A program made the translations under genes and the position numbers. The notes beneath the pieces were generated by a model. That model made no database searches and was not told where the DNA came from. It saw nothing but the letters and a program-made list of their open reading frames with translations. DNA of 63,826 nucleotides, the filler included, from Chiloscyllium plagiosum (lineage: Eukaryota): NCBI RefSeq assembly GCF_004010195.1. It is 5 parts of one record of this genome, joined end to end, with 100 filler letters (N's around TTAATTAATTAA, not from the genome) between each part and the next. Parts side by side here need not be neighbours in the genome. Positions count along the whole stretch, not along the records: positions 1 to 20,753 come from NC_057711.1; 4 more parts are not named here. One strand, 5' to 3'. Of the stretch, positions 1 to 13,659 are shown piece after piece (within the stretch, counting starts at the first letter, position 1; each line of letters opens with the position of its first letter).

Positions 1-815
1 CCCGTTTTGCCCTCCTGATTTCCCTCTGAAGTATACTCCTACTTCTTTTATACTCTTCTAAGGATTCACTCGATCTATCCTGTCTATATCTGACATATGC
101 TTCCTTCTTTTTCTTAACCAAACCCTCAATTTCTTTAGTCATCCAGCATTCCCTATACCTACCAGCCTTCCCTTTCACCCTGACAGGAATATACTTTCTC
201 TGGATTCTTGTTATCTCATTTCTGAAGGCTTCCCATTTTCCAGCCGTCCCTTTACCTGCGAATTTCTGCCTCTAATCAGCTTGCCTAATACCGTCAAATT
301 TGGCCTTTCTCCAATTTAGAACTTCAACTTTTAGATCTGGTCTATCCTTTTCCATCACTATTTCAAAACGAATAGAACTATAGTCACTGGCCCCAAAGTG
401 CTCCCCCACTGACACCTCAGTCACCTGCCCTGCCTTATTTCTGAAGAGTAGGTCTAGTTTTGCACCTTCTCTAGTAGGTACATCCACATACTGAATCAGA
501 AAATTGTTTTGTACACACTTAAGAAATTCCTCTCCATCTAAACCTTTAACACTATGGCAGTCCCAGTCTATGTTTGGAAAGTTAAAATCCCCTACCATAA
601 CTACCCTATTATTCTTACAGATAGCTGAGATCTCCTTGCAAGTTTGTTTCTCAATTTCCCTCTGACTATTGGGGGGTCTATAATAAAATCCCAATAATGT
701 CATCATCCCTTTCTTATTTCTCAGTTCCACCCAAATAACTTCTCTGGATGTATTTCCGGGAATATCTTCCCTCAGCACAGCTGTAATGCTATCCCTTATC
801 AAAAATGCCACTCCC
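1..815 (-). mobile_element. CR1-clade LINE ORF2 fragment (APE endonuclease region), disrupted
   Basis: ORF 272-811 has APE motifs YYRPP, VGDFNFPNIDW, LDLLF and a degenerate SDH (SDY). Bases 1-140 are the reverse complement of the LINE sequence at about 50168-50295. Confidence 0.9.
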
Positions 816-1968
816 CCTTTGTTAGACGAATGCCATGCACACTTAGTAGCATCTAGCTCAGCAGGAGACTAGAGATGTAGTGCAACAAGCATTTGACATC
901 TGAAGGTTTAAAACCATGTTCTGCAACTTTCAAATATGAAAAGTAGTCACCTCATTGGATCTTTCTGTCCTCATATGCTAGTCTTGGACACAGGTCAGAA
1001 TTTTCAAGAAAGGTGTGAAGAGGGGATGAAAGGGCAACCTGGAGCCCCAGCTGCTCTGCCTTTGCACCTTCTTCAATGACATCTCCAGATGACACCTTCA
1101 ACTGGCAGCTGAGCTGCACAGTATCTCCAACGTGTTGTATTTAATGGCGAGCATCATTATACTGATAGACCTGATGATCAGAGCCAGCCCTACACGTGAA
1201 GGGAAGCCCAAAATGTCTACTGCAGATCTTGAAACATCAGCCAACTCTCAAAGACCGAGGAACAGCCTGACCCACCCTTAATGAATGAGTATTACTAGGC
1301 CTTCCAGATAGCCAGTTCAAATACAGGGATGGGGACCTATTGATAGGGTGTAGTGAATCCAAGGAAGCGTGTGTCTGAAGTAGATAGTGTAGATTTGTAA
1401 CTGTTTACTTAGAGATTTAAGACTGTTTACTGAAGAGTCCTGTGAAAAGATTGATAGAGTTCCATAGGGTTTAATCAAAGTACTAAAATAGATAATTTTA
1501 TCTGAGATAAAATAGATAATCTTATTGTTTTTTTCTTGATAAAGCATTCAATAAAATTGTACTGGGTTTCTTCTGACTTTTGTTCCCTTTGCCTTACCGT
1601 GTATGGTGCCTGAATTGAAAAGGGTTACTGAAAACTGGTCAAGGTTAGTAAGTTACATTTATCAGCCTTTCATTTTACAACAATAGCCAATAATTATCCT
1701 CCAGTATCATGTTCATCTGGTTATTACTCACATAAAAGGCCTCACATTAAGTAGTAAATGGCTATTTGATTACAAGGGATACAGCAGCCATGCTGTATGT
1801 ACCTTCAGCAGGAGCATGCATTTTGATTGGATTTTCCTCTCAGAGATGAATACTTGGATAAACTATAGCATTCCTTTCACCACACCAGCTCAGGTTAGCT
1901 AATTTGGCCCAAACAGGAGATCATACCAAAAACCTTGAATCAATGTCACTCAGGAGACCATATCCTTA

Positions 1969-2412
1969 ACAAAGTTAAAAATCACACAACACCAGGTTAT
2001 AGTCCAACAGGTTTAATTGGAAGCACACTAGCTTTCTGAGCATCGCTCCTTCATCAGATGATAGTGGAGGGCTCAATCCTAACAGAATTTATTGCAAAAA
2101 TGTAACTGAAATTATACATTGAAAAATTGATTGCCTGTTAAACCTTTCATCTATTAGAATACAGTGATAGTTTCACTTCTTTCATGTGTAAATCACAAAA
2201 CCTTTCTTTAAAAAACTGCATTCTTGGGTTAGCTGTTAACAATGGTGATAGCTAGACAATATGTTGAAGGTGTTGGCCCCCTGTGTTCTCTGTCTATGTC
2301 TAGATTGATTCTAATCTAAAAAGTGAGATAACGGAGTTTTACATAAATTCATGCAGTTTTTGAGCTCAGAGTTCTACATGAATGCATGCAGTTTTTGAGC
2401 AAAGTACAATGT
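1969..2412 (-). mobile_element. Probable PLE 3' terminal (pLTR) fragment, family A
   Basis: The first ~90 bp match the arms of the palindromes at 42484 and 44434, and it carries an HHR motif. PLE assignment is inferred from the HHR; no ORF is present. Confidence 0.6.
2026..2060 (-). ncRNA. Minimal HHR motif, family A, stem II closing pair broken
   Basis: Minus strand reads CAT-CTGATGA-A-GGAGC gat GCTCA-GAAA-GC-TA-GTG. Confidence 0.55.
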
Positions 2413-2439
2413 CCAAATAATATCCTTAACACATTGTGT

Positions 2440-2585
2440 TGAGGAGCTGCTGTGCACAAATTGGCTGTTTCATTTTCAAATTTACCATGGTGACTGCAAT
2501 TAAAAAGTATCTCATTTACAGTATAGAGCACTTAATGGCTTCCTGATACAGCACAAATTGCGATATGCATTTTATTTGCTTTCTT
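2440..2585 (+). mobile_element. Old SINE 3' tail (Deu-SINE-like), decayed
   Basis: Resembles the tail at 45345-45470; recognised from memory of the family only. Confidence 0.35.
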
Positions 2586-2669
2586 AACTTATTGGATCAG
2601 AACAAAGATGTAAACAGAACAAATGTTTTATGATGAAAAATCAGCTCATGGACTTTTGATCCTTATAAT

Positions 2670-2975
2670 GCATGACGGATGCTTTCCCTGTCACAGACGT
2701 CTCGACTCGGACAGTTTCAGAATAAGGATCAGACAATTTAGAACTGAGATGGGGAGGAACTTCTTTACTGAGAGATGGTGAATCTTTAGATTCCTCTTTG
2801 GAGGCTCAGTTGTTGAGTACCTTTAAGGCTGAGATTGAAAGATTCCTATATATTAATATCATTAAAGGATATGGGGATACTGTAGAAAAAAGGTGTTGAA
2901 GCAGAATATCAGCCATAATCTCATTGAATGGCAGAGTAGGCTTGCCGGGTTGAATAACATGGTTTTGCTCCTGTT
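2670..2975 (+). mobile_element. CR1-type LINE 3' fragment
   Basis: Contains the gagatggggaggaacttcttt...gtgaatct motif and the 3' UTR shared with other copies in the window. Confidence 0.75.
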
Positions 2976-5355
2976 AAGTTTTGCATTATTTTTCTAGCAT
3001 TGCTAAAAGAATTTACAAGTTAAGGAAAAAGAAAAATCATAGCTATCTATTTTTTTAAATTAACATCTTCTAGTTATATATTCCCAATAATTAAAGAGAT
3101 TATCTAAAGTTGGCCACTTAAGCAAAGCTGATGAGAACAGTGACATTATACATCAGCATGATTTTTAAATAAAGTAATGAATCATTGTGATAATATGTAG
3201 GCCAGAACAAAATGCTAAAAAAAGTTTTATAAATAACAAACGTTTTTAAGACAATAACTTGATGCTTTCCAAATCAAGGTCTACTTAATAAACAAAACAA
3301 TCTGTAGCCAAGCTTGAAGCTAGATTTTGTTAGTCGTTCTGTAATAGTTCTGTGTAAACTACTCATAAGTTTGGTTCGTAAGGGCCATCTAATCCATCAA
3401 AGACTGTCAACTCACTATGTTAACACAACTCTGGCTTATTCAGAACATACAGTAGTTCTCACTAAAAAATTGACTGATTGGTTAAGATGATTCCACTTTA
3501 GTCACTGGATGTGATTTTTGATTGTCGTTAAAAAACTGGATTAAGAAACTGAACAGTAATATTTCCAAACAACAAAGCTGACAAACACCAATGTAGACAA
3601 ATAATTCAAATGCTGCAGAAAATGAACTGGTAGAGTAATATGTCAAATTTACACAACAGTTAATGAAATGCGTGTTTGCAACGTCAGTTAGATGAAATAA
3701 AAATCATCTGTAAACAACAGACTGTCAACACTTTCAATCCTTAAAAAAATTTGAAGCATTTTATTTCAATGACAAAATCTTCTAATAATGTAGTTATTTC
3801 CAAGACTTATTTCAAACAAAGCCTGCGTGAATAGTTCAGTAGAACTGTCATGTTTTGTACAATTCACAATCAAGTTAATAATCATTTGGAAAGTTCCAGG
3901 TAACATGCTGGTGTCAGATTTCCAACATGTACACTATTTTGCTTTTGCATCCTGGTATCATTTTTTTTCCAACATATCATAAGTTCTAACTATGCCTGTT
4001 AGACAAGAAATATTAGTTAACCATACGCATAAATAAAGTCATTTATTTTAAAGTCATTCACCAGCCACCTAACCCATAGGATTCACCTGTATCTCATTGG
4101 ATTTGATGATGCACTTAGAGGCAAAACAATGTGCCAGCAGTCCATTATATAGACATTTTATGCACTGGAACTTACTGTGAATAGAGATCCGCAAAAGTGC
4201 AATAAACTCTAAAGTAGATCTGGGACATGTGTGAACAAGATCACCAACAATGCCTCAAATAATCAAGTTGAAGAATTATTAATGAGCAGCACAGAATGTT
4301 AATCAAGAAATGTCAGTTAGAATATTTAATTCCTCTCAAAATAATGTAAAAAAACAAAATAAAAGGGGAAAAGAAAGATAGGTGCCAAGAGAAATCAGAC
4401 AAACATCAAATAATATTTTATTGAAACTTTTTTATTATTTTAAAATTTCCATAAAAATTACACATTTGTGAAAGTTAATTTTCAGGGCAAGGAAGTTGTT
4501 TGGCAGTAATATAGATCTTTTTTAGACAGTTAAAAATGTCCTGTTGCAGGATGAACAAGTCTTAAACTTCACTGGTGGGTTTAATGGGCATTTTTCACAT
4601 TTGCAAAGACATTTAGAATTTTGTAGTATGTTTCAATGGAAAGTCTCTTGGCAAAATATTGTTACATTGAAGATTCTGCTTGAATTGGAAGAAACTTCCT
4701 GATTTGCTTGTTTAACTGTGCAAATGAAGTAACTGTGCCATTTGCAGTTTAATAATGGTTAACGTTGTTAGCCTCCATCACTTCAACAGCAAACAGCAAT
4801 GTTGGATGAATATGTTTTGGCAATTTTCAACTTAATAGAAGAAGCAGTAGGCAGCATGTGGTACTTCACAGAGTAGTGGGTTAAGAAAAGAACACATTTC
4901 CCACATACTGGGTTACTAACTCAGCCTTGTTATTGTAGTGATAAAGAGAATGTCTTCCTTCAAAGAGGGAAGGAAAATTAATAGGAAAGTCATTCTGTGC
5001 AGTTCCTGAACATGTCTTTTGCTGAGGTACTGATTAAAAGTCATCTATCTAGTCTACTAGAGTAGAATGGTGTATGACATGGAAAAAACAACAGAAAGGA
5101 TTGTGAACCGTGTATTTCTACACAACTTTGGAAAGAGCAGGATGAGTGGAGATTTCCAAAATGTTTAGCTGGGAAGCTGGCTGGGCAATTTAGGAGTCCA
5201 GGCTACAATGTAAACTTTATATAAAAAGTATCAGATGACAAGATTTTCTGGTGAAAAGTTAAAAATAAAAGGTGTTACGGATTCCTGTAAAGCTAGTTAC
5301 AAAAGTAATGATAAAGGTAATTTCCAGGTAACAACCATTATTCAAATCTGATAAG

Positions 5356-6150
5356 TTTGCAATCAACTGAATAGAAGCCATTCAAAGAAATGTTTTCGAT
5401 ATTATAATTTTATATGTTGTCTGTCTATTTAGACGCAGTGTGAATGAATCGATCCAACCAGTTCAACTGATGCCTTTAGTCTGGCATTAGGAGGAATAAT
5501 GGGGAGAAATTAATATCTCTAGTCAGAGGGATTCTATCTTAGAGCAAATATTCATATATGTTCACTTTTTTATAACATCAAACCTTACAATTTTAACACT
5601 CAAATTATTACAACAGAAGTTTGTGTTTATGTAGAAAAATGTACCAAGGACCTTAGTTTGCAGACAGGTAATCAGAAAAGTCTCAATGCCAAGAAGCAGA
5701 CATTTGAAGGACCAACCAAAAGCCTAGCCGAGAAATTAGGTCTAAAGAATGGTCTTAAAGAGCTTACAGATTCACTTAATCTCTAATGGAGGTTGCCAAA
5801 CCTGTACATTGACTCCTTCATATTCCATGTTAACTCCACTTTGGTTATTGCATTCTACCACAAGATGTTGGGCCGAAGGGCCTGTTTCCATACTGTAAGT
5901 AATCTAATCTAATCTCAGACAATGGGCTCCCTTCATGCTATTATCTCCCTATTTTTGTTTTTCATCAGGTGTGCCTCACCTTATCAATGTTAAGTCCATG
6001 TAATTTGGGTTCCTATTACTCATGCGCTTGCACTTTTGGCAGCCATTCTGAATCATAACCTGTTACCTGTTTGCTTTTTTGTTCCTTTCTCTTTGCCCTT
6101 CTATCCTATCTTTGCAATCAACTGAATAGAAGCCATTCAAAGAAATGTTT
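5356..6150. repeat. Identical 40-bp direct repeat (5356-5395 and 6111-6150)
   Basis: tttgcaatcaactgaatagaagccattcaaagaaatgttt occurs twice. Confidence 0.95.
5866..5915 (+). mobile_element. HE1-like SINE, 3' tail only
   Basis: ggccgaagggcctgtttccatactgtaagt(aatct)n matches the tail of the full SINE at 9654. Confidence 0.85.
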
Positions 6151-8624
6151 ATGTATCTGGTCACATAGTCATGCCAACCTCCATTTCTTACCTCTTGGTT
6201 ACTTTGCTGTTGCTTGCTATCTGATATACTCACATCACATCATTACAACATGTTACTTTTCCTATTCTCCTATTATCATTTCAGCATTGAATTTGTGTTG
6301 CATAAACTCACAGAATACCTCGGTGTCTGTGGACATTTTGACAGAGGCTTATCAATACATCTACTATATTGTCCCTACTAGCAGCAACCACATAACTGTT
6401 CCTTTTATCTCTGCTGTTGATCCCTCATGCTCCACCTGGCTCCAAATTAAATTTAAAAACATACTTTTTTTCTCAGATTCCATCAACAATCCTCAAAGGG
6501 ATCACTGGTCAAGCAGCTGGTGACTCAGAAGCCTGAATAACAAGTACTTTATTCAGATCTGCTGAATTTTTACGTAAAGTGATTAAACATCTCATCAATA
6601 GTGCTATCAAGTGGCACTTGGGCAGCAATAATCTGCTCACTAATTTTCTTGTTGACCTTCTGGGTCCAACAAAATTCTGATCCTCATGTTTAAGTTCCTT
6701 CATGACATCATCCCTCCCTATCTCTACAATCACCCAGAACCCTCCACTCCTCTCTTCCTGCCACTTATGCATTCTCTTTGCCCTCTTGACCCAATTATTG
6801 CCAGTTGGGCCTTCAGTCATCTAGGTCTATGTTCTGGACTATCCTTTTTAAGTGTCACTACCTCTCCATCTCCTTCTAAAGAACAAAATGTTGTATTTTT
6901 ATCATACTTCTATTGTATAAAATTATCACAAGGTGCTCCATAGATGCAAAATCTGACTAAAATGGACATGAACCAAAGAAGCTGACATTATTCAGCTCAA
7001 TTAGACTGCTCTCACTTCACTCTTGTCTATTTGATGAAATATGTTCAAATGTTTGCTTTTATTTTGAAATAATTATTGTTTTGATCATAAAAATAAAACT
7101 CCATTAAAGGAATTTTCAGAATGGCAACCAGTTATGTCAAAATTTTTAAAAATGATAATAAATATTAAAATAGAACATGAAAAAATATCAATTTCTTTTC
7201 TGACCATATTTCAAACTAAATAATGCTTTTTTTCACTCTTTGAAGAAGAGGCTTCAGACATACTTTTGACTCTATAACCTTCAACAATAAGCAGGAGCAG
7301 CACTTGTGGTGAGGTGTATTCTCATGAACTCCTGCATTTCTCAGTGATTCTGTTAATCTCCTGCCAGAGTTACATACCAAGCAGTTCCTGGATGGAAGAG
7401 TTTGGCAGAGACTTTATCCCACTGGCTTCGCTTGTATGAGAAATAAACTAGGCATTTATGCATACTTCTGTGTTGCTTCCATTTTTGCATAAAAATAACA
7501 ACTTTGCTTTTAGATAATACAGTAAAATATAGATTATTTTGTAGTTTTTAACTAAAATCTTTTGCATGAAAAGTTGAAGAAATGTTGATAGACGAAATGT
7601 GCCATTCAGTTTCTCACCACAAGTAGCCAACGACAAACCAACACTGATGTCTGCATTGACATTCTTGTGCAGCCAAGATATTATGATAGTAAGTACCAGT
7701 GGGAATAGAAGTTTGTAATGAAATAGAATTCCCTAGAAGCAATCAGTTGTCAAGCCAAGGGAAATAAGTTCTTAAAAATCATTCAGTTTAGTAATAATAT
7801 TCCATTTTATTGTTCGGGTACTAAATATGCAGTATCTTTGGCTCAGTTATTTCTACAAAGATATTGTTTGGAAAAAGAATCTAACAGCAAGTACATAATG
7901 ATGAGGTCTTCCAGTCTCTGTGATAATCTTTGACAATAATGCTAACACTGTCATTCTGGCCACAAGAGAAACATGCATCTACTAAGCTCTGACCCTCTGA
8001 GCCTTTTATCTGCGTGTGTACTCTCCACAGGCTGAACAAATAAAGGCTAACTGATAATTTACACATGAATCAACTTTTTTGAAGAGTGGGCACCGGAGAC
8101 AGTCCTTTTCTCTGTAGCTGAGAGAATGGCAGTCAGGTCTGAGATTGTCTCGGCAGCAATCATTCGAGTAAAACAGCAATAGATTAGAAAATGGCAGATC
8201 AGCAAAGGGAGGCAGTGCAGTGAGATAGATAAAAATGACAGGATCAAAGGATGAGATGAATGCAGACCTCATGCAGAGTTCTACTACATCCAACTATAAC
8301 ACTGATGCTCTTTTTACCTTAAAGCAAAGGGCAGGTAGTGCTTTACACATTTGAAAATGCTACTACACTAACAGACTGCAGGAAAATGTAGCAAGTAAGA
8401 GCTTATACTTTCTGAAAAAGAGAAACAGTGAACATCACATATTTAGGTCTCACACAGTCATTACAAGGTAGAAAATGTTGGATCTGTTCATCATGATTAT
8501 CCAATATACACTGTCGACCTGTGAAACCTTCCCAATTGGCATAAATTTCATATCCCCTCAAAGACATTCTTAACTTGATGAGGAGACCACTCTCTGGCCA
8601 CTAACTGACGAATGCTGTAAACCA

Positions 8625-9582
8625 GACACCATGGTAAGAAGATTTTTAAAAAACTTACTTTCTTGCTGCTGGACTATTTCTAGGGCTTGACTGGTTGATA
8701 TCAGTTCCAAAAGCTGCTGGTGTCTGATTTCAAGTTGCAGTTTCTGATATGGTGCATGCATTTGATGCCAATATTCCAAAATGGAAAATCTTGCTTGAAT
8801 ATTGATGTGTTCAGAGTATATGAATTTAGTTCTGCAGTTTTTTTTCTCTATAACTTTAATTTCTTTGACATAATTTCATTATGTCTCTGTATTCACTCAA
8901 GCTACTACCATTTAACTGTTATGTGTTTTCTAATTAAACACTTGCTTGGTTTTTTTCTATTCTTCACCTATCCTGCACATTATTCTTACAGTATCTTCTC
9001 CTAGTTAATCATGTTCACAAAGAGTTTGTACATTTAAAACAGAAACCTGTTGTTTTCTCCATAGATGCAGCACATAGTTGGAACATTGCAACAAAATAAA
9101 AGTTGTACAATCAGTGGTAGTGAGAAGGGTAATGAAAAGGGGAGCGAGCTTGCCCTGGAGAGAAATCAACACTCCACCCCCCTGAACTACCACTTCTGCT
9201 GGATAAGAACACCCCTGGGTGATTTTCTCGACTCACCAATAAAAAGGACATTAAATGGCCAATTAATGGCCCTAGTGAACAAGAAACATAGCTAGTTTCC
9301 AATGTGGGAAACGATGGTAATCTGCTTGTTGAGTCGGGGTAAAGCCTCCAACTACCTCAGTTTGGAGCTAGTCAGAGGTAGTAATGGGAGGGGGGAGATG
9401 GGTGGTGTCAATTAATGGTCTCTAAAACTCCTTGGGCTTTGCCTCCAATCCTGCTGAGCCCTTCTCCCTGTGATCCGGACACCATGGCAAGAAGATTTTT
9501 CTAAAAATTACTTTCTTGCTGCTGGACTACTTCTAGGGCTTGACTGGTTGATATCAGGACCAAAAGCTGCTGGTGTCTGATT
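8625..9582. repeat. 105-bp imperfect direct repeat (8625-8729 and 9478-9582)
   Basis: gacaccatgg...ctttcttgctgctggacta...caaaagctgctggtgtctgatt is present twice with a few differences. Confidence 0.9.
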
Positions 9583-9653
9583 AGTCAGGGTCTCCTGGTG
9601 ACCCAGGTAACCAATGTTGAGGTGCCTGATAGGATGAGATAATTGACATCATG

Positions 9654-9967
9654 GGGCGGCACGGTGGCACAGTGGTTAGCACTGCTGCCTCACAGCGCCA
9701 GAGACCTGGGTTCAATTCCCGCCTCAGGCGACTGACTGTGTGGAGTTTGCACATTCTCCCCGTGTCTGCGTGGGTTTCCTCCGAGTGCTCCGGTTTCCTC
9801 CCACAGTCCAAAGATGTGCAGGTTAGGTGAATTGACCATGCTAAATTGCCCCTAGTGTTAGGTAAGGGGTAAATGTAGGGGTATGGGTGGGTTGTGCTTC
9901 GGCGGGGCGGTGTGGACTTGTTGGGCCAAAGGGCCTGTTTCCACACTGTAAGTAATCTAATCTAATC
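9654..9967 (+). mobile_element. HE1-like V-SINE, full length
   Basis: tRNA-derived head with A box (tggcacagtgg) and B box (ggttcaattcc), V-domain tgtggagtttgcacattctcccc, LINE-like tail and (aatct)n end. Confidence 0.92.
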
Positions 9968-11078
9968 ACTCTCCTCCCAGCTCTTCATGAGCTGACTGTT
10001 TGGATGATCTGGCAAGTTTGCTTACTGGTGGAGTTGACATGTTGTTTGATTGTTAACATGCCTACTTTTATACGTAGAATAAAAGGGAAAATCCCAACCT
10101 AACTTTTAAACAAAATTGTTGAAATGAACAATTGACATGAATAGAATTATAACATGGCAATAGTTTAATGACAATACATATTTGATCAGTCAAGATTGAA
10201 GTTGATGATTTATCAGCAAATGAAAATACAAAGTGGAACATTCAACTTTTTGATGTAAAATGGGTGGGATCAGTTCGATTGGCTGTTAGTATCTCTCATT
10301 GAAAGTAAAATTAGGCAGGGCAGTATAACAATACCTCAAAACCTGAAACTTTTGGTGTCAGTACATTGCTCTGAAAACTGGTTCTACACTTCCAACTTGT
10401 TAGTAATAAGCAAATGAAGTCTCTTGCTGAGGACATAAGGCTGACTATACAACTGCTTTTCCCATCACTTGACCAAGGTCCATCCAAGCTCAAAATTGTC
10501 TAATATATTTGCAGGCAAATCAAGAAACAGCAAATACATAGATCAGCATGTTTGTTTACTTCCCTTTGGTCAAAAATAAATGAAACTGTTTCGTCAACTA
10601 AAAACAGAAATGCTAAAATCACAATATAAATGTTTAGTAAGTTATTTGTTTCTTTTTCTGTCTTTCAATTCAAATTTACGAACTGCTATATGGTAGTGAT
10701 CTTCATTTAACCTACTCTATCTAAAGGCAGGTCCATGTTGATTATTTACTGAACCAGATCAAAATACTGTGCTTTTAATTGTAGGGTGGAAAGGCAGGCT
10801 CCAAATTTACGCAGCCAGAATTGAAATCAAATCCTACGTTTTTGGCACGAATTTGATCGACATTCTAATTATCATGCCAACTGAACTAATTTATTGCCCG
10901 TCCAGAGATTCCTTTCAGAAGATGGTGGGAGCTGCTTTCCTGAACCATAGCAATCCATTTGATGTGGGGAGACTTCCAACACCTTGGGGATGAAGTTCCA
11001 GGATTTTGACCCAGTGACAGCAAAGAAATGGCAAGATATTTCCCAGTCAGGATGGTGAGTGCTTGAAGGGAAAGCACT

Positions 11079-11180
11079 CTGAAGAAGAGTCACGTTGATT
11101 TGTAATGTTAACTCTGTCTCTCCACGGATACTGCCAGACCTAGTGAGTTGCTTCACCATCCTCTGTGCTTGTTTTATTTT
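11079..11180 (+). mobile_element. Decayed PLE-type terminal fragment, family D, with degenerate HHR
   Basis: ctgaagaagagtca...gttaactctgtctctccac resembles the reverse complement of 38340-38470. Confidence 0.5.
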
Positions 11181-12279
11181 TAAAAATGCTTGATGGTGTG
11201 TCGGCATACCCCCTGCACTCTCCATTGGACCATGGTTGATCCCTTGGTTTAATAGCAATGTTAAAGTGGGGGGATATGCCAGGCCATTAGATTTCAGATT
11301 ATGTTGGAATACAACTGTGCTACTGCTGATGGCTCACAACTTTTCATGGATGACCAGTGTTGACTTGTTAGATCTGTTTGAATTTTATCCCCTTTAGCAA
11401 GGTTTTAGTATCACACAACAGTGTGTCAGAATGAATGACACTGACATTATAAGTGGAACATTCTACTACCCTAAAAACTTAACCAGCATTAATGCCTGAA
11501 CACTGTACTTAACTTTAACTCAATTTAACTCATAGGAGATATGGTACTATTAATGCTCTCTCTAACTCAGGGAGGATCTGATGAGAAAACAGTAAAAAAA
11601 ATGACAACCACAAAAAAAACAGTTCTTCTGTAGTACGCAAGTTAAAATTCCACCAGCTTATTGTCCTGCTAAGGTGAAGTAACGCTACGCAAGTGCTTTA
11701 AGAGTGTAGTGCAGTCATGATATGTTATAACAGCACCATAAAAGTAATTGCCTAATTAACTGTGTAAAGTCTGACTTAAGCTTAAAGTAAATCAGTGTCA
11801 TTATGTCATATATTTATACTAAATCTAAATACCGACAATGCATAGAACTGAAGTTTGAATAGACTGGTCTAAAGAATTGTTTCTGAAAGAAACAACTTCA
11901 AAATGTTTGTTGCAGAAACAGGAAATGTAAATATAAGACAAAAACATTATGTGCTAAGCATGCTTCAAGGATTTCTTTTCATGCTTGGAACACTTTAGTG
12001 GTAGAAAAGACAGTAATCTAATGTGATCATTCCTGATTCAACTCAAGGGAATACCAAAGATCCTGCTTTTTTCTAGAAATGCAGGTACCTTTAGTTTATG
12101 TGCAAAACTAATGAATGTTTTGTTCAGCCTAGTCTTTGATGTTTACTCTTCAATGGTGCTGAACATTTAATAAGATTAGAATTCCAAGATTAACATCCAG
12201 GATTAGGATGAGACCATTTTCCCTCAATATATGAAAGCTGTCATTGGCAGGTGTGCTATGTAGTTTGTCTTTTAAACTA

Positions 12280-12778
12280 CAGGTCACCACAATATAGAAA
12301 AAAATGTGGAGACTTTGAAGAGGGTGCAGAGGAGATTTACTAAGATGTTGTCTGGATTGGAGTGTATTAGTCATAAGGAGAGTTTGTTTTTGCGAGAACG
12401 TTGGAGTCTGAGGGGTGACCTGATAGTATTTAGAATTCTGAGGGGCATGGATAGGGTGGGCAGTCAGGTTCTCTTTCTCAGGGGAAAGGTCAAATATTAA
12501 GGGGCATTAAGGTAAGAGGTAAAGCTTGAAGGAGATGTGCAAAGATTTTTACACAAATAGTGGCAGGGATCTTGAAAGCACAATCAGAGGAGGTGCTAGA
12601 AGCAGATATGATAGTGAAGTTTAAGAGACATTCAAATACAAATGAATAGATAAAGAACAGAGGGATATGGACCACATGCAGGCAGATTGAATTCATTTAG
12701 AACAGCATCATGGTTGGAACAGACATTATGGGCCAAAAGGCTTGTTGCCGTGCTGTACTTTTCCACATTCTATGTTCT
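12280..12778 (+). mobile_element. CR1-type LINE 3' fragment
   Basis: LKRVQRRFTKML and LRGDLI motifs, followed by a 3' UTR ending in ttctatgttct. Confidence 0.88.
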
Positions 12779-13659
12779 GAATTGCTTTACTATCATTATT
12801 TTAGTCCTCTGTGTCAACATAAGAATGTATGCTGAACTAATTTAAACAAATATATTAACAGCCTCTTGAGTAAGTTTAAATTTATATGCAACACACGACA
12901 ATTATAGTATATTTATTAAACAAGTGAACCCAACTTTGTTGTCTGCTTACTTAATACATTGTGAAAGATATGTAGGGATCATGTTGTGCATTCTCCATTG
13001 ATATACTTATGAAATAAATTTATACAAAGAAGTATTTACACTTTGACTGTAGTCAGATTACCAGGACAAGAAAAAATGTTCATCAAGAATGTTTATAGAA
13101 TAAATGCAGGTTCTACTTTAAAAGTCTTATACAACCAAACATCTACATAAATTTTCTAATGTATTACTTTCACTGGGCCACCAAAGAGGACATATACATA
13201 CGTGACTAAAATATAAATAATTACATAATTGCAATGCAAATAAATTTTACAAAGGGTGAAGTCATTAGCCATAATTTGTCATAAACTCTTATCTGAATAT
13301 TCCAGCTATATACCTATTGCCCACAGCAATTATAATATAGAACACTTTAATCTACATTTGTCTCTGTCAATAAAATCTTTGCTCAAAATATTGGTAAGAG
13401 CCAATATTCCTTATTTGGTGCAAGTTGCATTTAAACATTTAAGAACTGGGCAATTTTGCCTGAATGTACATGTGTTAATGACACTAAAATTTCCTGGATC
13501 TATTTGGATCTACATTCGTAGTTTTTTGGTGGAAACAGGGTGAAGTGTTGGAAATAGACCAATGATGAAAGATGACAAGTGAGCTATAAAGAAATGGACA
13601 TAATTAAAAAGGAATATCATAATAAGGAACACAAAGCTGAAAGACCTTTTCCTTGACAA

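Noticed and set aside
6071..6523. 150-aa ORF
   Set aside because: Non-ATG start, no recognisable motif, low-complexity AT-rich composition.
9654..9725. tRNA-like sequence with A and B boxes
   Set aside because: It is the SINE head, followed directly by the V-domain; not a tRNA gene.
9581..9946. 121-aa ORF and similar ORFs at 27358, 39628, 45128 and 51102
   Set aside because: Antisense translations of the HE1-like SINE, not genes.
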